A stretch of 30,485 nt of DNA from an uncultured Nitrospiraceae bacterium. GTDB lineage: Bacteria > Nitrospirota > Thermodesulfovibrionia > Thermodesulfovibrionales > Dissulfurispiraceae. Location: the NCBI GenBank assembly GCA_947085205.1, contig CAMTVO010000031.1, positions 1 to 30,485 on the forward strand, given 5' to 3'. Under the pieces are notes generated by a model. That model saw nothing but the letters and a program-made list of their open reading frames with translations, was not told the DNA's origin and ran no database searches. A program made the position numbers and the translations under genes. This document shows positions 16,616 to 25,585 of the stretch, one piece after another. Position 1 is the stretch's first letter, and each line of letters begins with the position of its first letter.

Positions 16616-17302
16616 GTGCACATACCCGATGGATATTTAAGCCCTCAGACTTATGTACCGCTTTACGCTGCATCATTTGTTTTCTGGGCAATCGCCCTCA
16701 GGAAGCTGAAAAAGGAATTGTCTGTTAAGCATGTGCCTTATATTGCTATGGCTGCGGCTTTCTCTTTTCTCATTCAGATGTTCAATATCCCCATACCCGG
16801 TGGAACAACAGGTCATGCTGTCGGCGCGGGAATTATTGCCATTCTTTTAGGACCATGGACAGCGGTTATTGCCGTATCTGTAGTGCTGATAATTCAGGCT
16901 ATGGTATTCGGAGACGGCGGTATAACAGCAATAGGAGCGAACTGCTTTAATATGGCTGTTGTGATGCCCTTTGTCTCTTATTGGATATTTAAGGCTGTCA
17001 AAGGCAGCTCTGAAAACAAAAAAAGGATTTACTTTGCAGCCTTTCTATCAGGCTACATAGGGCTTACTGTGAGCGCTCTGGCTGTTGCATTCCAACTGGG
17101 CATTCAGCCATTGATAGCCGCAGCTCCTGACGGCAGTCCGCTTTATGCGCCGTATCCGTTGTCAGTAGCTGTTCCTGTAATGGCGCTTGAACATCTGCTC
17201 TTGTTTGGCATAATTGAAGGAGTAGTAACGGCAATGCTTCTTAAATATTTTGTTAAACATGAGTCTGATATGGTTTATGCCTTCCAGGGGGGTGCAAGAT
17301 GA
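16616..17302 (+). CDS. cbiM: ECF Ni/Co transporter substrate component CbiM/NikM
   Basis: N-terminal MHIPDG metal-binding motif (NikM-type), GGTTGH, FGDGG; GTG start after AGGAGG. Confidence 0.95.
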   Translation: MHIPDGYLSPQTYVPLYAASFVFWAIALRKLKKELSVKHVPYIAMAAAFSFLIQMFNIPIPGGTTGHAVGAGIIAILLGPWTAVIAVSVVLIIQAMVFGDGGITAIGANCFNMAVVMPFVSYWIFKAVKGSSENKKRIYFAAFLSGYIGLTVSALAVAFQLGIQPLIAAAPDGSPLYAPYPLSVAVPVMALEHLLLFGIIEGVVTAMLLKYFVKHESDMVYAFQGGAR

Positions 17303-17649
17303 CACGTTTTCAAAAAAAACTCTGGATAGGTTTGATTATCATGGCAATTCTTTCTCCGATAGGTATTATACTGCCTGAAAAATTTAATGCCGGAGATGCA
17401 TGGGGAGAGTGGGGCACGGATACCATCGAAAAGCTTTTAGGTTATGTGCCTGAGGGATTAAAGAGACTATCTGATATATGGAAGGCTCCGATACCTGACT
17501 ACAATCTTGGAGGCGAGAATGCTTCTTTTGGTGTTCAGGCTGTCTCTTATGTTATCTCAGGGATTCTGGGGATAGCCTTTGTCGGCGGAGCGGTTTATTT
17601 AATATCAAGGCTTCTTATAAGGGCTAAAGGCAAAGAGCATAGGGCATAG
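17299..17649 (+). CDS. PDGLE-domain NikN/CbiN-like auxiliary membrane protein
   Basis: AWGEW, VPEGL, APIPDY motifs; two TM helices. Confidence 0.85.
   Translation: MTRFQKKLWIGLIIMAILSPIGIILPEKFNAGDAWGEWGTDTIEKLLGYVPEGLKRLSDIWKAPIPDYNLGGENASFGVQAVSYVISGILGIAFVGGAVYLISRLLIRAKGKEHRA
17620..17649. repeat. Degenerate heptamer array forming the C-terminus of the PDGLE gene
   Basis: agggcta aaggcaa agagcat agggcat ag (RAKGKEHRA*). Confidence 0.7.
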
Positions 17650-17655
17650 TGAAAA

Positions 17656-18504
17656 ATGTCTTTTATCGATAAAGGGATAACCCGTTTAGGCAGGGTTATT
17701 AAAACAGGATATGTTCAGTGGGAGTTTACTTCAAAGGACGGCTTTTTCCAGCGGCTTGACCCCCGGATAAAGGTTCTCTTTTTAGTTTTTTTTATCGTTG
17801 TCGTAAGCCTGAAAAGGGCTATTACGCCTGAAGTTATAATTTTCGTTTTCGTTTTCATTTTAGCCGCAGTGTCAAGACTGAATCTTTTATCTTTTTACAG
17901 CAGAGTTTTTTTTCTTGGGTTTATTTTCGGTTTTCTCATAGCCTTCCCTTCCGCCTTTAACATCATTACAAAGGGAGAGATTATTCTGCCTTTAATCCAG
18001 CTTTCAAAACCTTATGACTTCTGGATTTACCATGTTCCGCAGACAATAGGCATTACCAGAGAAGGGATGTCAGGCGTTATTATGCTCACGCTTAGAGTTG
18101 TGAATTCGGTATCGCTCTCTCTTTTAGTTTTATACACAACTCCATTCTCTGACATCATCAGGGCTTTAAAGGTTCTAAAAGTACCTGATGTCGTTTTGAT
18201 GATTATAACCCTCACTTACAAATATATCTTTATTTTTGCGAAGACCGTAGAGGACATGCATCTTGCAAAGAAGAGCAGGATGCTCGGCAATATCAGTCAT
18301 GGTGAGGCAAGGAAATGGGTTGTGGGAAGAATGGCATTTATCTTTAAAAAGACACAGCAGAGATGCGAAGATGTATTCAAGGCTATGCTCGGCAGGGGAT
18401 TTTCTGATGCTTATGCTCTGTATGGGTTTAAAAAACTTCATGCAACAGATAAGCTTGCTGGATTATTTCTCTTCATTGCAGGACTTGTGTTCTTGTGGAT
18501 GTAA
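17656..18504 (+). CDS. cbiQ: ECF transporter T component CbiQ/NikQ
   Basis: LDPRIK, TT.F..I..AL, YKYIF, AMLGRGF. Confidence 0.93.
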   Translation: MSFIDKGITRLGRVIKTGYVQWEFTSKDGFFQRLDPRIKVLFLVFFIVVVSLKRAITPEVIIFVFVFILAAVSRLNLLSFYSRVFFLGFIFGFLIAFPSAFNIITKGEIILPLIQLSKPYDFWIYHVPQTIGITREGMSGVIMLTLRVVNSVSLSLLVLYTTPFSDIIRALKVLKVPDVVLMIITLTYKYIFIFAKTVEDMHLAKKSRMLGNISHGEARKWVVGRMAFIFKKTQQRCEDVFKAMLGRGFSDAYALYGFKKLHATDKLAGLFLFIAGLVFLWM

Positions 18505-18506
18505 AA

Positions 18507-19316
18507 ATGGAAAGCATTATAAAGATTGAAAATGTAAGCTACAAATATTATGAAAAGATTCCTGCTCTTTTGGATGTAAGCCTTGATATAAAAGAGGGCG
18601 AAAAGTTTGCAGTAATAGGCGCCAATGGAAGCGGGAAGTCAACTCTGCTTCAGATAATGAACGGGCTTATTCATCCATCGTCAGGCAGTCTGTTTTTCAG
18701 AGGCAATGAGGTTTCTGAAAAGACTTTAAAGGATAAATCATTCCTGAATTTTTTTCGCGAGAGTGTAGGGTATGTTTTTCAGGACTCGGATGTCCAGCTT
18801 TTCTGTCCAACTGTTTTTGATGAATTGCTCTACGGCCCCATGCAGTTAGGCCTTGATGAAGATGAAGCGAGAGAAAGGGCATTTGAAGTGATGAAGATGC
18901 TCAATATCGAAAACCTCAAAGGCAGGCCGTCTTATATGCTTTCAGGCGGAGAGAAAAAGAGGGTTGCCATAGGCTCTGTATTGACAATGAATCCTGATGT
19001 AATGCTATTTGATGAACCCACAAACGGACTCGACCCGAGGACACAATGTTTTCTTGTAGAATTGCTCTTTGCCCTCAATGAGGCTGGGAAGACTATAATA
19101 ATCGCAACCCATGATCTGTCTTTGGTAGATGAACTTCATTGCAGGGTTGCCGTGCTTTCAGAAGAACACAGGGTTGAAAAGACAGGAAGCTCAGAGGAGA
19201 TTCTGAAGGACGAGGACTTATTGCTGAAAGTAAATCTTATTCACGAGCATATGCATTGTCACGGAGACATGGCACATAGACATTTGCATTCGCACTATCT
19301 TTTTCATAAACATTGA
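18507..19316 (+). CDS. cbiO: ECF transporter ATPase CbiO/NikO with His-rich tail
   Basis: GANGSGKST, LSGGEKKR, DEPT, THD; C-terminal HEHMHCHGDMAHRHLHSHYLFHKH. Confidence 0.93.
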   Translation: MESIIKIENVSYKYYEKIPALLDVSLDIKEGEKFAVIGANGSGKSTLLQIMNGLIHPSSGSLFFRGNEVSEKTLKDKSFLNFFRESVGYVFQDSDVQLFCPTVFDELLYGPMQLGLDEDEARERAFEVMKMLNIENLKGRPSYMLSGGEKKRVAIGSVLTMNPDVMLFDEPTNGLDPRTQCFLVELLFALNEAGKTIIIATHDLSLVDELHCRVAVLSEEHRVEKTGSSEEILKDEDLLLKVNLIHEHMHCHGDMAHRHLHSHYLFHKH

Positions 19317-19329
19317 AAGGAGAAAATAA

Positions 19330-19539
19330 ATGGACGATTTGCAAAAACTCAAGCACCTGCTGCATCACTGGAAGGAGCATAATGACGAACACGCGGAGAC
19401 TTATAGGGACTGGGCGGAAAAGGCATCATCCCTTGGAAATGAAGAATTGTCAAAAGTTCTCGACAACCTTTATCACGAGACAAAGAAATTGAACGGTCTT
19501 TTTGAAGAGGCGATGAGGAAGATTGACAAGGACGATTGA
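19330..19539 (+). CDS. Small His-rich helical protein (putative Ni/Co-binding)
   Basis: AAGGAG RBS; LLHHWKEHNDEHAETY motif; last gene of the ECF operon. Confidence 0.75.
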   Translation: MDDLQKLKHLLHHWKEHNDEHAETYRDWAEKASSLGNEELSKVLDNLYHETKKLNGLFEEAMRKIDKDD

Positions 19540-19549
19540 GCAGTCGCAG

Positions 19550-19579
19550 TTGACAGATAAAATGGCATTTGTGTAGCAT
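19550..19579 (+). promoter_or_regulatory. Sigma70-type promoter
   Basis: TTGACA 19550-19555, 18 nt, TAGCAT 19574-19579; same layout as 27643-27672. Confidence 0.6.
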
Positions 19580-19587
19580 TATAGAAA

Positions 19588-19748
19588 TCCTGAACACGAA
19601 GTTCTGGGGAATTTAATTTTTCTTATCACAGAATTTAAGGCCATGAAGGCTTAGCGCAACGAAGGCGCGGACTTCATGGCTTTTTTATTGTTTAAAAGTA
19701 CACTCGCAAATATCTGGTCACGCAGGCCTTGTTCTCCACGAAGGAGAA
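19588..19748 (+). promoter_or_regulatory. Leader with five pentaloop hairpins and an intrinsic terminator
   Basis: Loops ACGAA 19596, ATGAA 19643, ACGAA 19659, ACGCA 19720, ACGAA 19738; terminator ggccatgaag 19639-19648 / cttcatggct 19672-19681 plus T-run. Confidence 0.75.
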
Positions 19749-19774
19749 AAAATCTTTATCTTGACGGAGGGAAC

Positions 19775-20119
19775 ATGGCTAACACACTTTGTAAAAAAGC
19801 AGCAACGGTCAGCTTCTGGGATGGCTATGCGCCGTGGTACAAGCTATGGATGGACCATAATCGCTACCACAACAGAATCATCGAAGTTCTTACAACAATG
19901 GTAGAGCCCGGCTGGAGAGTCCTCATAGAAAGTTCCTTTGCCTATCACACCATGGACGAAGTTTTTGAACACTGGGCGTTTAAGAAAGGTAGCCCCCTTT
20001 GTCCAGATGAAAAAGTGGATATAAAGTCAAGATTGATTTTTGAGGATAATCACCTATGGATAAAAGATACAGCATATGTTGGGATGTATTGGTGGAGCAG
20101 GGATGGCAGGAATTCGTAA
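19775..20119 (+). CDS. Class I SAM-methyltransferase-like ORF with apparent internal deletion (copy 1; may be a pseudogene)
   Basis: Start ATG 19775 after GGAGG; FWD.YA.WY...EPGWRVL stops exactly where motif I (D/ExGxG) is expected; 114 aa. Confidence 0.6.
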   Translation: MANTLCKKAATVSFWDGYAPWYKLWMDHNRYHNRIIEVLTTMVEPGWRVLIESSFAYHTMDEVFEHWAFKKGSPLCPDEKVDIKSRLIFEDNHLWIKDTAYVGMYWWSRDGRNS

Positions 20120-20765
20120 CACCGGAGTTCTGGTATCAGGCATTTTTCATCTTCTCATTCTGCTGATTCCTGTTTCCATGAATATTGCGCAGAGGCCTGA
20201 TTTTAAAGATATAGAACTTTTTGTGATAGATGAGACAGTGATAGTGAAAAAGACTCCTGAAATAAAGCCAAAGGTAAAACAGCCTCAAGCAAAGATTGAA
20301 GAGACAGTAATACAGGAACGGGTAATAGAGCCTGTTGTAATGTCTGATTCAAAAGAGGCTGTCGCATTGTCTCAGCCGGTAGAGGAGCCTGTTCAGCAGA
20401 AGGTTGAAGCAATAAAAGCAGAGGCTGCTCCTGTAAAGGAGGCAGCGCCGACCAAAAAACCATCCGAACCAAAAGATGTGGAATTCGGCGGAGATTTTGG
20501 CCCCAAGTTTTTGCACAGGGAAATGCCTGTTTATCCTCTTATGGCAAGAAGGCTCGGCAAAGAGGGCAGAGTGGTTTTAAGGCTTACCATTGATGCGAAT
20601 GGGAAGTTATCGGGTGTTGAAGTTATTGAAGGCGCCGGTTATGGCTTTACAGAGGCAGCAGTAGAGGCGGTCAAAAAGTCAACATTTACGCCTGCAGTGC
20701 TAAACGGCAAGGCAGTAATGTCAAGGGCGCTCCTGCCCATTAAATTTACATTGAGGAGGGATTGA
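20103..20765 (+). CDS. tonB: Energy transducer TonB
   Basis: TM helix with S..FH, Pro/Glu/Lys-rich linker, YP..ARR.G.EG.V C-terminal domain. Confidence 0.93.
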   Translation: MAGIRNTGVLVSGIFHLLILLIPVSMNIAQRPDFKDIELFVIDETVIVKKTPEIKPKVKQPQAKIEETVIQERVIEPVVMSDSKEAVALSQPVEEPVQQKVEAIKAEAAPVKEAAPTKKPSEPKDVEFGGDFGPKFLHREMPVYPLMARRLGKEGRVVLRLTIDANGKLSGVEVIEGAGYGFTEAAVEAVKKSTFTPAVLNGKAVMSRALLPIKFTLRRD

Positions 20766-21307
20766 TGTTTGATTTTTTTGTAAAAGGCGGATTTTTGATG
20801 TATCCGATAGCAATATGCTCAATAGCCGGGCTTGCGTTGTTGATAAACAAATTCTTTGAATATCGGAAAATATTTGGAGAGATAGAAAGACCCCTTAATG
20901 AAATATTGAAAGGCAAGCCTGTTGTTTTACAGCCTATTTTCAATGCCATTGAAAACGGCTGCGATGAAAAAGAACTCTCGGTAATTGGCACAAGGCAGGT
21001 AAGAGGGATTGAAAAAGGTTTAAGCTGGCTCGGATTGATTGCGACAATTACGCCACTGCTCGGTCTTACAGGCACAGTTGTAGGGATGATAAAGGCTTTT
21101 ATGGTAATAGCCGAAAGCTCAAGCGTCAATACATCCATGCTTGCAGGTGGCATCTGGGAGGCATTGATTACAACGGCTGCAGGACTGCTTGTTGCAATAC
21201 CCATCCATATTGGACATCACTATCTTGAAAAACAGGCGGACGAGATTGCCTTTGTAATGAAAGAGATTACAATGAGTCTTTACATGAGGTGCACAGATGG
21301 AGTTTGA
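20765..21307 (+). CDS. exbB: MotA/TolQ/ExbB proton channel protein
   Basis: PLLGL.GTV.GMI.AF and GI.EALITTAAGL.VAIP. Confidence 0.93.
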   Translation: MFDFFVKGGFLMYPIAICSIAGLALLINKFFEYRKIFGEIERPLNEILKGKPVVLQPIFNAIENGCDEKELSVIGTRQVRGIEKGLSWLGLIATITPLLGLTGTVVGMIKAFMVIAESSSVNTSMLAGGIWEALITTAAGLLVAIPIHIGHHYLEKQADEIAFVMKEITMSLYMRCTDGV

Positions 21308-21695
21308 GAGAAGGCGGCATAACCACGCGCATCTGAATATCGCTCCATTGGTAGATGTGGTGTTTCTGCTTTTGCTCTTTTTCATGCTCACATCGCATCT
21401 TATGCAGGAGCCGGCTATAAAGATAAAACTTCCTGAGTCAAAGACAGCAGAGGCAAAGAGCGATACGGTTAAGACTATTTTGATTACAAAGACTGGTGAA
21501 ATTTATTTCATGGACAGGAGAGTAGATTTAAACAATCTTCAATTTGTGATTAAAGAGGAACTAAAAGACACCCAAGCAGATTTCTTGCGGATAAAGGCTG
21601 ACAGGGATGCAGATGTCGGCGCTCTTATAAGCGTCATAGATGAAGTAAGGCTTGCAGGGGTAAGGAATTACAGCATTGTGACGGAAAGGAGGTGA
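21297..21695 (+). CDS. exbD: ExbD/TolR biopolymer transport protein
   Basis: NIAPLVDVVFLLLLFFM, LP, I.AD. Confidence 0.93.
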   Translation: MEFERRRHNHAHLNIAPLVDVVFLLLLFFMLTSHLMQEPAIKIKLPESKTAEAKSDTVKTILITKTGEIYFMDRRVDLNNLQFVIKEELKDTQADFLRIKADRDADVGALISVIDEVRLAGVRNYSIVTERR

Positions 21696-21700
21696 TGACA

Positions 21701-21869
21701 TAGTGCATTAGTGCTACAGCTACATTAGTTAGTTAGAGCGATAGTGCGACAGTCAAATTAGTTTTTTAGTGCGACAGAACGATAGTGCGACAGTTTTTTA
21801 AGGAATAAATTTTCCATAATTTAACTGTCGCTCTGTCGCTCTATTAACTATCGCACTAATGTCGCTCTG
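21701..21869. repeat. Octamer (YAGWGCGA-like) tandem array followed by its inverted complement
   Basis: tagtgcga-like units at 21701-21790; tcgctctg/tcgcacta units at 21828-21869. Confidence 0.85.
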
Positions 21870-22001
21870 TGAAACTAAAAAAGGCAGGGAGACCCAAACT
21901 CGCAATAAGGATTCATCCCTGCCCCGAAGGAAACGCTATCAACGCCCCCTCGTTATAATTTTATCAGAAAAGGGGGTAAGAGAGAAAGAAGGAGGTTTTT
22001 G

Positions 22002-24023
22002 ATGAGAAAGTTTTTGGGATGTTTTTTAGGATGTGTTTTAAGTTTATTAATCACTACATCAGTGGCACTGGCAGGGGAAAAAGAAAAAGTTGCCTTGCCT
22101 GAGATAGCTGTTGAGGCAGAAGCATTGATTTCAGAAACATTACCGGTGCAGGTGCAGATAATTACCAAAGAGGATATAGAGCGCCTTGATGTTAAAGATT
22201 TTCTTGACATCTTCAGAAAAACTCCGGGTGTTCATATCCGTCCTTATGTACAGGGCGATGTGGGAAATGGTTTTCAGATAAGAGGTCACGGTATGGCGCA
22301 TGGGCAGAATGTTGCCATATTTGTTGACGGCGTTCCGCAAAATTACCCGTCGGTAGCTCAGGGTGGAAATGGGATGGCCGATGTTTCCTGGCTCACGCCT
22401 GAGCTGATCGAAAGGATAGAGATTATCAAAGGTCCCTTTTCAGCCCTCTATGGCAACTTTGCCCTCGGAGGAGTGGTGAATGTAATAACCAAAAGAAAAG
22501 ACACCTCTCCATCAGTTAGCGTAAGTGGTGGAAGTTTTGGGGCGTATCGGGGATTGGGTCTCATAAGCAACGAGACATGGCAGCCGACCTCTCTGGTGGC
22601 TCTTGAATACTACAGTATCAGCGGCTACAGGGATAATTCCGATTATAGAAAGATGCTCTTCTTCCCCAAGATAACCCTTCCTATATTGGGCGGCAATCTC
22701 TCAGCGAGACTTAGTTATTACAAATCCGACTGGGGGGCTGCTGGATGGCTGCGCATAAATGAAGTCAGAGATGGAACCGTCAGCAGAAAATCGGCATTTA
22801 ATCCCACTGATAACGGTGAGCATGAGAGATACACGCTTGTTATGAATTACACCCCAAAGTCGGGAGAGAAGGGGCTTTACATGGATGCCTATATTGAAAG
22901 CTATGAAAAGCAACGCATTGCGCAATTCAGGGGCGGGTCTCAGACTGAACAGGAAGACGACAGAATGATTTATGGAGGGAAGATTTATTACAACCTTATG
23001 CCCGTTGACCATCTTGCTGTTACTCCAGGTGTAGAAATCAGATACGATAGCGGCGATGCACGGGTGTACCCGACAACCGATGGACAAAGAACCGGAAGTC
23101 CTACATCAAATTGGGGCATAAATCAACTGAATCTATCCGCCTTTCTTCAGGCTCAGGCCAAGGTTATTGAGCAGGTAAAGTTAGTCGGAGGCGTCAGATA
23201 CGATTACTTCAATATTGATGTGCAAAACAGGCTGACAACCGTGCCTGCCGATTATTCGGGGGAAGCGGATATGGGAATATTTACTCCGAGGATCGGACTT
23301 GTTGCAACACCTCTTAAAAATCTCAACATATTCGTAAATAAAGGCATGGGGCTTCGCTCGCCAGCGGCATCTGAAATGTCGCCTAATTCAGCAGCACGTG
23401 CAAAAAACTTTGACCTTAAGCCTGCAAAGGTGCATTCATGGGATGTGGGGTTCAATACTACATTATTTGAAAAGCTCTATCTTGCATTCAGCTATTATCA
23501 GACAGAAATGGAAAAGGAGATAAGGATTGTAGGCAACAATACAAATACCGGAGACTCTGAAAGAAACGGCTATGAGATAGAGACAAAGTTTTATGCCACG
23601 CCGGAACTTGCCCTGTTTGCCAATTACTCATGGTTGGATGCAAAGTGGAAAGATCCGTCAGTGGCAGGGCAGCAGGCAGGCCAGTACAAGATAGCAGACC
23701 TTCCCGAGCATCTCATATCAGGCGGCATTGAGGTCACAAAGCAGACAGGCAAAGACAGTAAATTACTTTTTGATTTGTACTACTCATACATCGGCAGCGG
23801 GCCGTACTATGTTGGGACAGAAACAACACCAAGAAAAGGACCTGTCTATGACAGATATACCGCCAAGGCAACTTATAAGCTTAAAAACTGGTCAACTTTC
23901 GTATCAACAGTATACCAGCCCCGTGAGTATGCGTCTGATGGGATGTTTTCCAGCGGCGGTTTTGTGAACTTTAACCCAAGACCCGTATGGGATGTAAGCG
24001 CAGGCGTGAAGTATCAGTTTTAA
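22002..24023 (+). CDS. TonB-dependent receptor 1 (putative Ni/Co uptake)
   Basis: Signal peptide, plug (IRG, VDGVP, IERIEIIKGP.SALYG...GGVVN), C-terminal YQF; His residues in plug; followed by DUF4198 and CbiL-like genes. Confidence 0.9.
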   Translation: MRKFLGCFLGCVLSLLITTSVALAGEKEKVALPEIAVEAEALISETLPVQVQIITKEDIERLDVKDFLDIFRKTPGVHIRPYVQGDVGNGFQIRGHGMAHGQNVAIFVDGVPQNYPSVAQGGNGMADVSWLTPELIERIEIIKGPFSALYGNFALGGVVNVITKRKDTSPSVSVSGGSFGAYRGLGLISNETWQPTSLVALEYYSISGYRDNSDYRKMLFFPKITLPILGGNLSARLSYYKSDWGAAGWLRINEVRDGTVSRKSAFNPTDNGEHERYTLVMNYTPKSGEKGLYMDAYIESYEKQRIAQFRGGSQTEQEDDRMIYGGKIYYNLMPVDHLAVTPGVEIRYDSGDARVYPTTDGQRTGSPTSNWGINQLNLSAFLQAQAKVIEQVKLVGGVRYDYFNIDVQNRLTTVPADYSGEADMGIFTPRIGLVATPLKNLNIFVNKGMGLRSPAASEMSPNSAARAKNFDLKPAKVHSWDVGFNTTLFEKLYLAFSYYQTEMEKEIRIVGNNTNTGDSERNGYEIETKFYATPELALFANYSWLDAKWKDPSVAGQQAGQYKIADLPEHLISGGIEVTKQTGKDSKLLFDLYYSYIGSGPYYVGTETTPRKGPVYDRYTAKATYKLKNWSTFVSTVYQPREYASDGMFSSGGFVNFNPRPVWDVSAGVKYQF

Positions 24024-24078
24024 CTTGTTAAAAAGTCCGCATTTTATGCGGATAGAAAAACTTATGGAGGTATAGAAG

Positions 24079-24795
24079 ATGAGACACATTTTAATTACCG
24101 CAATTACGCTAAGTTTTATGATGTTTTCAAATGTTTTTACCTATGATGTCTGGGCCCATGATGTCTGGATTGAAAAAAAGGGCAATGAATTCATAATGCT
24201 TTACGGACATGGAGACAAACATGATCCTTATGACACTTCAAAAATAAAAGAGGTTATGGCATATGACAGTAATGGAAATTCCATCCCTGTTGAAGTTATT
24301 AGGCAAAAGGACACAGCCTCTCTATCTCCAAAAGGAAAGGCATTTGCCGTTACTCTATCTTTCGATAACGGCTACTGGTTAAAGACCACTGATGGCTGGA
24401 AAAATATCTCAAAAAGAGATGCAAAGGGGATGCAATTGGTTGAACCGGCGCGCCATTCTTTGAAATATGCCAAAATCCTTATGCAGTGGGCAGAAAGATA
24501 CACAAAGCCGCTCGGGATGAAGCTTGAGATTGTGCCCGCAAATAATCCTTTTTTAGTGAAAAAGGGCGAGCACCTTCTTGTTACGGTATTTTATGAAGGC
24601 AAGCCGCTTGAGGGGGCAAAGATGGAGACAGGATATCACAAGGAACTCGCAAAGACAGACAAAAATGGTGTGGCGAGTGTCCCTGTTGAAAGCGGAATAA
24701 ATACAATTGTGGCAAAGCACTCGGTGCCTATTAAAGACAATCCCGATGCTGACACAATCAGCATCTCAAGCACCCTCACCTTTGAGGTCAGATGA
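24079..24795 (+). CDS. DUF4198-family periplasmic protein (Ni/Co uptake associated)
   Basis: Mature N-terminus A-HDVW, YGHG, LEIVP..NP, TD.NG.A, TLTF. Confidence 0.8.
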   Translation: MRHILITAITLSFMMFSNVFTYDVWAHDVWIEKKGNEFIMLYGHGDKHDPYDTSKIKEVMAYDSNGNSIPVEVIRQKDTASLSPKGKAFAVTLSFDNGYWLKTTDGWKNISKRDAKGMQLVEPARHSLKYAKILMQWAERYTKPLGMKLEIVPANNPFLVKKGEHLLVTVFYEGKPLEGAKMETGYHKELAKTDKNGVASVPVESGINTIVAKHSVPIKDNPDADTISISSTLTFEVR

Positions 24796-25244
24796 TGTTA
24801 CCGGCTGCTTTTAATGCAATCATGCTTCTGCTCCTGATTTATTCAGGGGCAGAGGCGCATTCGATACACTATCAAGTTGAAAACAAAGGCATAAGCGCGC
24901 GGATATTTTATTCGCCTGACGACCCTGCAAGCTATTCGGGGTATGAAATATTCGGACCGGGCGATAAAACCCCTCACAAGAAGGGGAGGACAGACAAAAA
25001 CGGCTTTGTCTCATTTCTACCTGACAGGGCAGGAAAATGGCTTATCAAGGTCTGGGGCGAATCAGATCATGGCTATCATGGAACACAGATAGAGATAACG
25101 GTGAATGAAAGTCTTCTCATGGAGTCTTTCAAAAAACCCCTTGTGGCAACTTATACAAAGGCGATTGTAGGTTTGGGAATAATTGGGTGGATGTTTGGAT
25201 TGTGGGCGATATGGAGAATGCGGCATATTAAAAAGGGCACATAA
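24792..25244 (+). CDS. CbiL/NikL-like membrane-anchored protein
   Basis: Mature N-terminus A-H, GRTDKNG...F.P, G.W, HGYH, C-terminal TM helix. Confidence 0.65.
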   Translation: MMLPAAFNAIMLLLLIYSGAEAHSIHYQVENKGISARIFYSPDDPASYSGYEIFGPGDKTPHKKGRTDKNGFVSFLPDRAGKWLIKVWGESDHGYHGTQIEITVNESLLMESFKKPLVATYTKAIVGLGIIGWMFGLWAIWRMRHIKKGT

Positions 25245-25253
25245 CAGGCACGC

Positions 25254-25283
25254 TTGACAAACAAGTTTTCACCTCTGTAACAT
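25254..25283 (+). promoter_or_regulatory. Sigma70-type promoter for riboswitch and receptor 2
   Basis: TTGACA 25254-25259, 18 nt, TAACAT 25278-25283. Confidence 0.6.
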
Positions 25284-25334
25284 CCTTTATCGTTTTAGAG
25301 ACTAAAAAGAGGGAGGTGGTTATATTATAGACGC

Positions 25335-25376
25335 AAGATTAAAAATTTAAGATTCAAGATTCAAAAATTTAAATTT
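25335..25376. repeat. Heptamer array AAGATTC-like x6
   Basis: aagatta aaaattt aagattc aagattc aaaaatt taaattt, immediately before the riboswitch. Confidence 0.75.
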
Positions 25377-25378
25377 AT

Positions 25379-25551
25379 GGCTGGATGTCAGGGAAGAGAG
25401 GTGCACCTGTATAAGGTTAGTCCTCCGCTGCCCCGCAGCCGTGAAGGGAACGAAAGCCCATAAAGAAGCCACTGTCATGAGTAATATCATGATGGGAAGG
25501 CGGGTGAGTAGATATAAGTATAAGCCCTGAGCCGGAAGACCTATTCAGACC
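25379..25551 (+). ncRNA. Cobalamin (B12) riboswitch
   Basis: AGGGAA 25390, GGTGC, CTGCCCCGCAGCCGTGA, GCCACTG 25468, GGGAAGG 25494, B12 box GAGCCGGAAGACCT 25529-25542; P1 ctggat/attcag; upstream of a TonB-dependent receptor. Confidence 0.92.
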
Positions 25552-25585
25552 AGAAAATCCAAAAAATTTCTCGAGGGAGGAAAAG

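Noticed and set aside
16485..19600. NikR or Fur operator at the uptake promoters
   Set aside because: Half-site-like TAGCAT/TGCTAT words coincide with -10 elements, and I could not find a matching inverted half-site at a consistent spacing.
19639..19668. Canonical ANTAR or CsrA sites
   Set aside because: Loops are 5 nt ANGAA rather than ANTAR hexaloops, and only one of 13 contains GGA. Kept as a distinct motif.
19314..21695. Other TGA stops (cbiO, small protein, tonB, exbB, exbD) as selenocysteine
   Set aside because: The proteins are complete at those stops, which overlap or abut downstream starts or RBSs and have no Cys-motif context.
21701..21869. Repeat cluster as a CRISPR array
   Set aside because: Units are 8 nt, degenerate and partly inverted, with no 23-47 nt repeats or unique spacers and no cas genes.
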